The notes beneath the pieces are model-generated. The model saw only the letters and a list, made by a program, of their open reading frames with translations, searched no databases and was not told the DNA's origin. Both the position numbers and the translations under genes were made by a program. Below, one piece after another: positions 53,887 to 63,035 of a stretch of 64,000 nucleotides of DNA. Positions within the stretch are counted from its first letter, which is position 1. Every line of letters starts with the position of its first letter. Origin of the DNA: an uncultured Muribaculaceae bacterium (GTDB taxonomy: Bacteria > Bacteroidota > Bacteroidia > Bacteroidales > UBA932); assembly GCA_964383385.1 (NCBI GenBank), contig CAYLGW010000006.1, positions 21,113 through 85,112 of the forward strand, given 5' to 3'.

Positions 53887-56370
53887 ATGAATACTACCTA
53901 CAAATTACTTCTCAGTGCTGCATTAGCAGCTATTCCGCTTTTATCTATCACAAAAGCGCACTGTCAACAGGCTGTAACAAAAGCTAACTACGACTTGGCA
54001 GAAAGATTTTCACCAAAAAAGGTCAACAGCCACGTCTTCTCAACCTCGGTTGATGTAAACTGGTTTAAGAACTCCGATAAATTTTGGTACAAATACAAAA
54101 CCACAAGTGGAGAAAGATACTATATAGTAGACCCCGCAACAGGGAGTAAACGGGAGATCTGGGAGATGGGCGAACTCGCATCACAAATTACAGAGATCAT
54201 AAAGGATCCGTTTGACGCACTTCATCTTCCTATAACAAATCTTAAATTAAAGGAGGATAAAATTTTTACCTTCGATATTATGAGTTCTCTACCTGACGAC
54301 TCAAAAAAGAAGAAAAAAGAGGAGAAGGTAAAGGGAGGAAAAGAGGAAAAAAATGCCAAATCCAATGGGAAAAAAGTTTTCCACTTTGAATATGATATCA
54401 ATACAGGTAAACTCACAGATGTAACTGATAAAGAGCAGAAGAAGGAGTATCCGAGATGGGCTAATGTCTCTCCGGATGGAAAATTTGCTATCTATACCAA
54501 AAACTACAATATCTGGTATATGGATATGGAAAATCTTAAAAAGGCGACTGAAGAGGAGAAAGATTCTACAATTGTCGAATACAAAATTACCTCAGATGGA
54601 ATAAAAGATTTTTCATACGGCAGTGGAGCATGGGATAAGGAGGGAAAAGCCGACACCACAAAAAGAAGCTATTGCGGGGCAGCATGGTCTCCAGATTCAA
54701 AACACTTTGCATTAACAAGAATCAATCAAAGCAATATTAAGGATCTTTGGGTAATAAATGTTCTTGCACAACCGAGACCGAAACTCGAAACCTATAAATA
54801 TCTTATGCCTGGAGAGCCAGGAGGAAAGTCCTATCTCTATCTTTTTGATTTTAGTACTAAAAAATCCACTATCATTAAAACAAAAGCTTTCAAAGATCAA
54901 TCACTCTCAATTGAGACTGCTCCCTCTACCAATAAAGATGCATATACCGACTATTACTCAACAAAATGGCTTGGAGATAATGGAAAGTTCTATTTTACAA
55001 GACAAAGCAGAGACCTTAAGAGGCTCGATATCTGCTCTGTAGAGGTTGGTAGCGATACCTGTAAGGTAATAATCAGTGAAAAACTCAACACCTACGTAGA
55101 AAGTAGAGATTTTAAACTTATAAATAACGGAAAAGAGATTATACAATGGTCGGAAAGAGACGGTTGGGCTCATTTATACCTTTACGATAGTAACGGAACT
55201 CTTAAAAACCGTATCACCTCAGGCCAATTCCATGTTGCAAGAATAGCAGGAATCGACGAGGCAAAAAGGACAGTATATTTTACGGCTAATGGCAAAGAAG
55301 AGGGGATAAATCCTTATTACTCCAATCTTTACAGTGCCACATTAGATGGCGGTAATCTTAAATGCCTTACTCCAAAGAACTTCGACAACAAAGTCAATAT
55401 GAGCGACGATGCAAAATATTTTGTCACCAACTACTCAAGAGTAGATACTGCCCCTAAATCTGATCTATTCGATAACACAGGAAGAAAGATTAAGGAGATG
55501 GAGACAACAGATTTGAGCAGCCTCTTCGCAATGGGATATAAATTTCCGGAGACCTTTACTGTAAAGGCAGGTGACGGAATTACAGACCTCTACGGAGTTA
55601 TGTATAAACCTTTCGATTTCGACTCCTCTAAGGTATATCCTATAATTGAATATGTCTATCCGGGACCACAAACCGAAGCTGTAAACAGTTCGTGGAGCAA
55701 GAGTATGAATAGAGTTGACAGACTTGCCCAACTCGGGTTTATTGTAGTAACAGTCGGAAATCGCGGAGGACACCCGGACAGATCTAAATGGTACCATAAC
55801 TTTGGATACGGGAACCTGAGGGATTACGGATTGGAAGATAAAAAAGTTACAGTTCAGCAACTTGCCGCAAAATATAAATTCATAGATGGTAACAAAGTCG
55901 GAATACATGGTCACTCGGGAGGAGGATTTATGTCTACCGCCGCAATTCTATTCTATCCGCACTTCTTTAAAGCAGCAGTCTCATGTGCAGGTAACCACGA
56001 CAACAATATATACAACAACTGGTGGAGCGAGCAACATCACGGTCTTTTAGAAGAGGTGAATGAAAAGGGAGATACTACATTTAAATATAACATAGCTACA
56101 AACCAGTCGTTGGCCGCTAACCTGCGGGGACACCTGCTGCTCGTAACCGGCGATATTGATAATAATGTTCATCCGGGCAACACCATACGTGTAATCAATG
56201 CTTTGATACGTGCCAACAAGAGATTTGATATACTTCTTCTACCTGGACAACGTCATAGCTTTTCCGATATGGACGAGTATTTCTTCTGGAAAATGGCAGA
56301 TCATTTCTGTAAATATTTAATAGGAGATTACAGGAATGAAACTGATATTAACCAGATGCACAACGATTAA
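53887..56370 (+). CDS. secreted S9-family serine peptidase (DPP IV-like propeller plus alpha/beta hydrolase)
   Basis: Signal peptide, an N-terminal propeller region, and triad contexts GHSGGG, GDIDNNV, GQRHSF. Confidence 0.8.
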   Translation: MNTTYKLLLSAALAAIPLLSITKAHCQQAVTKANYDLAERFSPKKVNSHVFSTSVDVNWFKNSDKFWYKYKTTSGERYYIVDPATGSKREIWEMGELASQITEIIKDPFDALHLPITNLKLKEDKIFTFDIMSSLPDDSKKKKKEEKVKGGKEEKNAKSNGKKVFHFEYDINTGKLTDVTDKEQKKEYPRWANVSPDGKFAIYTKNYNIWYMDMENLKKATEEEKDSTIVEYKITSDGIKDFSYGSGAWDKEGKADTTKRSYCGAAWSPDSKHFALTRINQSNIKDLWVINVLAQPRPKLETYKYLMPGEPGGKSYLYLFDFSTKKSTIIKTKAFKDQSLSIETAPSTNKDAYTDYYSTKWLGDNGKFYFTRQSRDLKRLDICSVEVGSDTCKVIISEKLNTYVESRDFKLINNGKEIIQWSERDGWAHLYLYDSNGTLKNRITSGQFHVARIAGIDEAKRTVYFTANGKEEGINPYYSNLYSATLDGGNLKCLTPKNFDNKVNMSDDAKYFVTNYSRVDTAPKSDLFDNTGRKIKEMETTDLSSLFAMGYKFPETFTVKAGDGITDLYGVMYKPFDFDSSKVYPIIEYVYPGPQTEAVNSSWSKSMNRVDRLAQLGFIVVTVGNRGGHPDRSKWYHNFGYGNLRDYGLEDKKVTVQQLAAKYKFIDGNKVGIHGHSGGGFMSTAAILFYPHFFKAAVSCAGNHDNNIYNNWWSEQHHGLLEEVNEKGDTTFKYNIATNQSLAANLRGHLLLVTGDIDNNVHPGNTIRVINALIRANKRFDILLLPGQRHSFSDMDEYFFWKMADHFCKYLIGDYRNETDINQMHND

Positions 56371-56414
56371 CACTAAAATATAACAACATTGTTCCATACT
56401 TTATCCCTATATAA

Positions 56415-57638
56415 ATGAAACGTAACAGATTAGTTTTAACCCTTGTTTTACTTGCATATACAAGTATGATATCGGGGCTAATGGCACAAAACAATAAAAT
56501 TGAGTCATTCCCGGGAGAAAACAAGATACATTATGCAGACGATATCATTACCGGCTCTCTAAGCATCAATGAATATCTGCCACTTCTGAGGGGTAAAAAG
56601 GTTGCTGTTCTCTCAAATCAGAGCGGCATGATAAACGAAAAAACACATCTTGTGGATACATTACGCGCACTCGGTGTAAACATCGCCTGTATTATGTCTC
56701 CTGAACATGGATTCAGAGGCAATGCAGATGCAGGAGAGCATGTTTCGAGTTCAATAGATGAAAAGACGGGAATACCTATCCTCTCATTATATGGCGTAAA
56801 GCATAACAACAAAGAGCTTACAAATAACTTTGATGTTATGGTATTTGATCTACAAGACGTTGGAGTACGTTTCTATACCTACTATGTAACAATGGCTAAA
56901 ATGATGCAGGCGTGCGCGGAGGCAGGAAAGGAGTTTATCCTCCTCGACCGCCCTAATCCCATCGGATTCCTGACGGACGGGCCTATTCTCGATATGAAAT
57001 ACAAATCGGGAGTAGGCTATCTGCCGATTACAACAGCGCATGGAATGACTCTTGGAGAATTGGCTCAAATGATAAACGGAGAAAAATGGCTGGAAAATGG
57101 TATTCAGTGCAAACTCACTGTCATAAAATGTAAAAATTACACTCATGACAAACTTTACAGATTACCAATAAAGCCCTCTCCTAACCTACCCGATATGCGT
57201 TCTGTGTACCTGTACCCCTCCATTTGCTACTTTGAAGCAACACCGGTAAGCCTCGGCAGAGGAACAGAGAAACCTTTCCAAATGTACGGACATCCTAATA
57301 TGATGGGTTACAGCTACAACTTTACCCCCGTTAGTACCGCGGGAGCCAAAACGCCACCGCTGATGAATAAAAAATGCAATGGTGTAGATTTGAGAAAAAC
57401 ACCATCGGTAGAATTAATTAATAAAAAGGGGATAGATTTAAGCTATATAATTGACGCCTACAATAACCTCAACATAGGAGACCATTTTTTTAGGTCGTTC
57501 TTTGAATTGGAAATAGGAGTAGGATATGTTAGGAAAATGATTGAGGAGGGAAAGAGTGCAGAGGAGATTAAAGCGGCATGGGGGCAGGATGTTGAAAAGT
57601 TCAAAAAACAAAGAGCCCCATATATGCTTTACAAATAA
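56415..57638 (+). CDS. namZ: DUF1343 family exo-beta-N-acetylmuramidase (NamZ-like)
   Basis: VAVLSNQSGM, PEHGFRG, FDLQDVGVRFYTY, LDRPNP motifs; signal peptide. Confidence 0.75.
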   Translation: MKRNRLVLTLVLLAYTSMISGLMAQNNKIESFPGENKIHYADDIITGSLSINEYLPLLRGKKVAVLSNQSGMINEKTHLVDTLRALGVNIACIMSPEHGFRGNADAGEHVSSSIDEKTGIPILSLYGVKHNNKELTNNFDVMVFDLQDVGVRFYTYYVTMAKMMQACAEAGKEFILLDRPNPIGFLTDGPILDMKYKSGVGYLPITTAHGMTLGELAQMINGEKWLENGIQCKLTVIKCKNYTHDKLYRLPIKPSPNLPDMRSVYLYPSICYFEATPVSLGRGTEKPFQMYGHPNMMGYSYNFTPVSTAGAKTPPLMNKKCNGVDLRKTPSVELINKKGIDLSYIIDAYNNLNIGDHFFRSFFELEIGVGYVRKMIEEGKSAEEIKAAWGQDVEKFKKQRAPYMLYK

Positions 57639-57696
57639 AGCTCTACTCTACATGCTCCATTAATCTATAGCTTTTATGAACTCTTAGAAGAGATTA

Positions 57697-57740
57697 AAAT
57701 GCACTCCTAAAGTATACTCTATAACTTTAGGAGTGCATTT
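57697..57740. terminator. bidirectional hairpin between convergent namZ and thioredoxin genes
   Basis: 16-bp perfect stem (AAATGCACTCCTAAAG / CTTTAGGAGTGCATTT). Confidence 0.6.
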
Positions 57741-57756
57741 CAATTAATGACTGCTG

Positions 57757-58248
57757 TTACTTGGCACTTTTTTTAAGTAGAATCTCCTCAACAGCCCTTT
57801 TTAAATCAGCTTTTGGAAGTGCACCAAGAGACATTTGAGGTTGGCCGTCCATAGGGATAAATAAAAGCGTAGGAACGCTGCGAATACCAAATGCGGAGGC
57901 AAGTTCACTCTCTTTATCTATATCCACTTTATAGACATCTATTTGATCCTTATATTCGGTAGCTATCTCTGCCAGTACAGGAGCCAGACCCTTACATGGG
58001 CCACACCATGTTGCAAAGAAATCAACTATCGCCGGTTTTTTACCATTATAGACCCATTTATCAGGGTTCGCTTCATAATTTGTGATTTTATCAAAAAAAT
58101 CTGCCTTTGTCAACTCTATTACCATTGTCTTTTCGTTTTTTTTGTTGTTAGTTTCTTTTACGTTTTCTCTCCCATTACTTGCATTGCACGAGGCACATAC
58201 AAGGAATGTACATAATAACGCCGATAATGTTTTAAAAATACGTTTCAT
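57757..58248 (-). CDS. lipoprotein-anchored thioredoxin
   Basis: Lipobox (LVCASC) and FFATWCGPCK active site. Confidence 0.85.
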   Translation of the reverse strand: MKRIFKTLSALLCTFLVCASCNASNGRENVKETNNKKNEKTMVIELTKADFFDKITNYEANPDKWVYNGKKPAIVDFFATWCGPCKGLAPVLAEIATEYKDQIDVYKVDIDKESELASAFGIRSVPTLLFIPMDGQPQMSLGALPKADLKRAVEEILLKKSAK

Positions 58249-58537
58249 ACATTTAATGATTTTAATTTTGTATGATAACTCGCACGATGAATTTATAACT
58301 TAATCATGCTCGATCTCATTGTATTAATTTTATAGTGCAAAAGTCGCACTTATGAAGCTGCCGATAAATAGCAAAAAAACACGAACTATTGGCAATTATT
58401 CCCGATTTGCCGCAACATGGGTTATAATTATACTAAAGCATACTGCAACTATTCCATTTTATAAAAAGCGATTTTAAAACTATCCAAAAATTATGCAGGT
58501 TCCGCAAGTAAGCATAAATGATTCGGACAATATAACA

Positions 58538-58972
58538 TCATCTCTCAATAATAACGGAACGGGAATCATCTTGATTAATCACAATCTTCACATATACTGT
58601 CTCTTCCGGGAGAATCTCCTTAATTTTTTCCGGCCACTCCATAAGACACAATCCGTCTGAGGCAAAATACTCCTCTATACCAATATCATAGGCCTCACTC
58701 AGCTTATTGATTCTGTAAAAATCAAAATGGAAGATAGGAAATCCCTTGGCTGCCCTATATTCATTAATAATAGTAAAGGTTGGACTATTCACAACATCTC
58801 CGGCACCGAGCACAGAGCAAATAGCCTTAATGAAAGTTGTCTTACCGGCTCCCATCGGAGCCTCAAAAGCAAAAATATTGCTTTGAATGTCGGAGTCAGA
58901 AATATAGTCAACAAACTCCTTGGCAGCCTTTTCTATTTCAGTCAAATTCTTAATCAAAATACTATGTTTCAT
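58538..58972 (-). CDS. tsaE: tRNA t6A biosynthesis ATPase TsaE
   Basis: APMGAGKTTF P-loop, SPTFTIINEY, HFDFYR motifs; 144 aa. Confidence 0.88.
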   Translation of the reverse strand: MKHSILIKNLTEIEKAAKEFVDYISDSDIQSNIFAFEAPMGAGKTTFIKAICSVLGAGDVVNSPTFTIINEYRAAKGFPIFHFDFYRINKLSEAYDIGIEEYFASDGLCLMEWPEKIKEILPEETVYVKIVINQDDSRSVIIER

Positions 58973-59008
58973 CCCTTTACAAATTAATAATTTCTGAGTT
59001 TAATATAA

Positions 59009-60562
59009 TTATAGATAATTTTCCATGGTCTTATCGAGTTTTCTGAACTGAAGAGCCTCGGAAATATGCTTCAAAGATATAAATTCCTCGCCATCAAGAT
59101 CCGCAATAGTACGTGAAATTTTAAGAATCCTGCTATAACCGCGCGCAGATATTTTCAGCCCCGCGATCATTTGAGTCATATAGCGCTTTTCACTGCTGCC
59201 GAGTTTACAATAACTGCTCAACTGCGATGGAGGAATACGGGAATTGGTATAAAAGTGCTCATTTTTATAGCGTTCAATCTGAATTTTGCGAGCGGCAGCC
59301 ACCCTCTCTGCAATACAGCCGCTCGGCTCCTCCCTCTTAGCAGAAACCAGAGCCTCCTCAGGAACCTTATGTAAAACAAGTTGAATATCTATCCTATCCA
59401 TAAGAGGCCCCGAAATTTTACCCATATATTTTGCAACAGCCGACGAAGAACAGGTGCACTTTGAGGGATCATCAATCAAATGGCCGCAAGGACATGGGTT
59501 CATGGCTGCAATTAGCATAAAGGAGGCAGGGTAAAGAGACTTGGCCTTCACTCTCGATATACTTACAAACCCCTCCTCTAAAGGCTGCCTGAGTATCTCC
59601 AATACACAACGCCCAAACTCGGGAAACTCATCGGCAAAAAGAACACCGTTATGCGCCAACGATATCTCCCCAGGCAGTCCGTTAATCCCCCCACCGACAA
59701 GAGAGGCAACCGTAGAGGAATGGTGCGGAGATCTGAATGGCCGCTTACGGGTAAGACCTTGAGAAGCATTTAGTAACCCCGACACAGAGTATATTTTACC
59801 GGTCTCAAGCGCCTCATCAATATCCATAGGAGGGAGAATAGAGGGGACAGCTTTTGCGAGAAACGTCTTACCACAACCGGGGCTTCCAACCATAATTACA
59901 TTATGCGCTCCGGCGGCAGCTATCTCAAGACCTCGCTTTGCTTCAGTTTGGCCTATAACATCGGCAAAATCGTAATCATACTTTATCTCCCCCTCCGGCA
60001 GATCATCTCCAATAGTAACAATCTTATCACAGAACTCCTCCGGTGAAAGTAATATCTCTATAACCTCTCCAACATTCTGAGCCCCAAAAACCGTTATCCC
60101 TGCCACTTCCGCCGCCTCAGCCGCCGAAGAGGAGGGAAATATACAGCTCTTGAAGCCACACTCCCGAGCGTGCATCGCTATCGGCAAAGCACCCTTCATA
60201 GGCCTTAATGAACCATCGAGAGCCAACTCTCCCATTACAATAAACTCATTAAGAATCTCCTGGCTTATTCCCCTCCCGCTTATCTGTCCCGATGCACAAA
60301 TAATACCCAATCCTATAGGCATATCAAAAGAGGAACCCTCCTTCCTTACACTTGCCGGTGCCATATTAACAACAATCCTTTTCCCCGGAATACGATAACC
60401 GAATTTGGCTAAGGCACTCCCTATACGCTGCTGGCTCTCCTTGACAGCACTATCCGGAAGTCCTACAAGAAAAAAACAGATCCCATCGGAGACATCGGTC
60501 TCAATAGTAACCGTATAGGCCTCAATACCATTACATGCAGCGCAATAAACCTTACTTAACAT
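59009..60562 (-). CDS. comM: YifB/ComM family Mg-chelatase-like AAA+ ATPase
   Basis: N-terminal Lon-protease-like domain, Walker A GSPGCGKT, LFADEFPEF Walker B, a C-terminal Mg-chelatase domain; 517 aa. Confidence 0.88.
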   Translation of the reverse strand: MLSKVYCAACNGIEAYTVTIETDVSDGICFFLVGLPDSAVKESQQRIGSALAKFGYRIPGKRIVVNMAPASVRKEGSSFDMPIGLGIICASGQISGRGISQEILNEFIVMGELALDGSLRPMKGALPIAMHARECGFKSCIFPSSSAAEAAEVAGITVFGAQNVGEVIEILLSPEEFCDKIVTIGDDLPEGEIKYDYDFADVIGQTEAKRGLEIAAAGAHNVIMVGSPGCGKTFLAKAVPSILPPMDIDEALETGKIYSVSGLLNASQGLTRKRPFRSPHHSSTVASLVGGGINGLPGEISLAHNGVLFADEFPEFGRCVLEILRQPLEEGFVSISRVKAKSLYPASFMLIAAMNPCPCGHLIDDPSKCTCSSSAVAKYMGKISGPLMDRIDIQLVLHKVPEEALVSAKREEPSGCIAERVAAARKIQIERYKNEHFYTNSRIPPSQLSSYCKLGSSEKRYMTQMIAGLKISARGYSRILKISRTIADLDGEEFISLKHISEALQFRKLDKTMENYL

Positions 60563-60825
60563 TATGCCCTCCTTTTCTATAATAATCCGCCGTAAACTCT
60601 CTTCCCGACAATATCTTTATTGAGGATAACACCTTTTACAATAACATCCACTCAAATAGCCCTCTTTAAATAATATCAACTACAATGATACTCTTTATTG
60701 CACAAAAACAAATAAGAGAGATAAAAAAGAACAGATTTACCTCCCCAAATTAATTATAAAAAAAATAGATTGAATTTATACGGATATATAGTCCTTATTT
60801 TGAGCTATATCACCATAAAAGAGAA

Positions 60826-62331
60826 CTAATAACTACCATTCACTTCATTTAAAATATCATTTGCCAACTCGAGCAACTCTGTATCAAAATTATCAGAATA
60901 ACTCCTCGAATTACACAATAGCGCACCACAGGTTGTAGAAGCTCCTCTAACCCACACCGTAGCTGTTCCTGCAAGATTACCCGTATGATACGCAACCCAA
61001 TCGGTAAAGAGAGAATGATTTACACGCCAACCGAGAGCATAATGAATATAGGATTGAGACGGAGCATACATTTTATTGAGTGTCGCCTTACTTAAAAGAT
61101 CCGGAACTTCTACTCCGTAATCCACAAAAGAGAGTAACCTAATAAGTTCATCTGTAGAGGCAATAATACCGCCAAGAGCCTTAATAAGCTGCATATCATT
61201 ATTATAACCCTCCGCTCCATCTTGAGAATAGTAAACAACCTCATTTTTCCTTCTTTCTGCTCTTCCTCCACCTATGTGCATATCAGTAATCCCTGCCGGA
61301 GTATAAATTTCCTCCTCTAAAAACCGGCTATACTCTTTGCCTGAAACTTTCTCCACAATTTTACCGAGAATCCCGAATCCAAGATTGTAATACGAATATT
61401 TTTCTCCCGGAGAATAGGCCTGAGGCACATTATTAACAACATAAGTAATTCTATCTTCTAAAGACTTACCGGCATATGTAGAGGAATTTGTAAAAACAGG
61501 ATCAACCGGACTGCTTATCCAGCCACTGTTATGCTGCAGTAAGTTTCTCACCGTTACCATCTTGGCCAGTCCCGGCATAGCATCTCCAAACTCCTTCTCC
61601 AACAAACCTCCCTTACCAAATGGGCAATCGTCGAGCGACAGCTTCCCCTGCTCGCATAATTTCATTATACACAAAGCAGTCTGGCATTTGGTCATACTTG
61701 CGAGCCGAAACAGATGTTTGGTTGTCACACGCTCCTTGGAGGAGGTATCTGCAAAGCCATATCCGGCAGAATAGGCGGAATGTTCATGTTTTGAGGAGGA
61801 AAACGATATCCCCGGTATTTTATATTTGACCATAAAGGCATAGACAAGATTATCAATCTCGGGCCTTCCATTCTTCGCACAGACATAATAGCCATTCTTC
61901 AAAGTACCCTGCGTAGTTTGTACAAGGATTGTCGCAGTACCAGAAAAATCACATTTTGTAACTCCTGACTCTATTTTTTTATTGTTAACAAGTACCTCGA
62001 CACCCAATGCATTGCTTGCAGATGCCGCCTCTACAATAGCTGTTTTTCCTACGCCCACTACGATTGTAGGCACAAGTTCCGATAGTTTTACCTTTTCTGG
62101 GAGAGTCACATAAATTGTATGCCCACTTATTACTCCTCTACAAGTGTACGGCAAAGAGGGATTTAAAGAGGGCTCAAATAAAAGAGATGCAAGACGAGTA
62201 TTCAAAGCCTTATCCGGCTCAATATTCGGCTCGTCAATAGATGAATTTTTGGAACAACTTGAAAAAATGGGAGCGGTTAATAGTGCAACAAACAGAAGTA
62301 GACACGTCCCATACGAGAATCTTAGTTTCAT
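60826..62331 (-). CDS. lipoprotein with a C-terminal beta-lactamase-family serine hydrolase domain
   Basis: Lipobox (IFSSCS), an N-terminal ~150 aa beta-rich domain, the SxxK motif (LASMTKCQTA), and a YYN/YSN-type second motif. Confidence 0.75.
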   Translation of the reverse strand: MKLRFSYGTCLLLFVALLTAPIFSSCSKNSSIDEPNIEPDKALNTRLASLLFEPSLNPSLPYTCRGVISGHTIYVTLPEKVKLSELVPTIVVGVGKTAIVEAASASNALGVEVLVNNKKIESGVTKCDFSGTATILVQTTQGTLKNGYYVCAKNGRPEIDNLVYAFMVKYKIPGISFSSSKHEHSAYSAGYGFADTSSKERVTTKHLFRLASMTKCQTALCIMKLCEQGKLSLDDCPFGKGGLLEKEFGDAMPGLAKMVTVRNLLQHNSGWISSPVDPVFTNSSTYAGKSLEDRITYVVNNVPQAYSPGEKYSYYNLGFGILGKIVEKVSGKEYSRFLEEEIYTPAGITDMHIGGGRAERRKNEVVYYSQDGAEGYNNDMQLIKALGGIIASTDELIRLLSFVDYGVEVPDLLSKATLNKMYAPSQSYIHYALGWRVNHSLFTDWVAYHTGNLAGTATVWVRGASTTCGALLCNSRSYSDNFDTELLELANDILNEVNGSY

Positions 62332-62529
62332 ATATTAAAAACGTTTGCTCATACAATTTATTAAAATCCTGTAAGAGTCTGATAGTCATTTTACTATTGC
62401 TTACCTCTCACATTTATTTTGATTTTTTAATATCACCTTGAGTTAAAATATAAACTAACTATTCTTCTTAGTGAATTATAAACTTCCTGCCCGGATTCAT
62501 ATTTGAATTACTCAGCAAATAAACTTGCA

Positions 62530-62655
62530 TTACGACCAGCTGCCCTCTCCGCTGCCAAAGCCATCGCTTTCGCCACTAGTGGCAAAACCTTTTTCTGCCT
62601 TAAATTGTATCACCTCTATCTCAGGCGATGTATAGGGTATTTTTTCTCCTTTCAT
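62530..62655 (-). CDS. candidate 41-aa small protein with an acidic Gly/Ser-rich tail
   Basis: Absent from the ORF track (under 60 aa). ATG at 62653-62655, TAA at 62530-62532. Translation: MKGEKIPYTSPEIEVIQFKAEKGFATSGESDGFGSGEGSWS. A TAAATTTG -7 box lies on the same strand at 62776-62783. Confidence 0.4.
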   Translation of the reverse strand: MKGEKIPYTSPEIEVIQFKAEKGFATSGESDGFGSGEGSWS

Positions 62656-62987
62656 AATTATTGTTTTGAGTTATTAATAATCCATATTTAAGATTATCTT
62701 CTTTTTAAATATGGTTATTATAGAGTTGTAACAATATAAAAGATGATGTTTTAAGTTTTGTCTCACTTCAGAAAGCAAATTTAAGCAATAAAGTTGAACT
62801 TATTCTACTTCTTATTAAATATTTATAATAATTATTCCTAAATAGCAATTGCCCCCCTGAAAGCCCGATAACGGCAATCAAAAAGAGGGCATCTACATTA
62901 GAACTCCAAAAAAAAGCAATCAATACAGATATCTGAATTCCATTGCTATTTATAATAATAATTATTATACAAATACAAAAAAACCAT

Positions 62988-62995
62988 TATATTTG
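62988..62995 (+). promoter_or_regulatory. candidate -7 box (TATATTTG) for hutH
   Basis: TAnnTTTG 40 nt upstream of the ATG at 63036. Confidence 0.35.
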
Positions 62996-63035
62996 TATAA
63001 TTAGTTAACGTTTATAACAAAATTTAATATAAATC

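Noticed and set aside
60563-60576. Shine-Dalgarno-like GGAGG lies 5 nt upstream of the comM ATG, and AAGGAG upstream of the M19 dipeptidase ATG. This could be evidence against a Bacteroidota origin.
   Set aside because: Most other genes in the window lack any SD-like sequence, and many have TAnnTTTG boxes. Isolated purine-rich matches are expected by chance.
62503-62691. A plus-strand 62-aa ORF lies in the hutH/serine-hydrolase spacer.
   Set aside because: It starts with TTG and is hydrophobic and aromatic junk-like. It exactly shadows the ATG-initiated minus-strand 41-aa ORF, which I consider the better but still tentative candidate.
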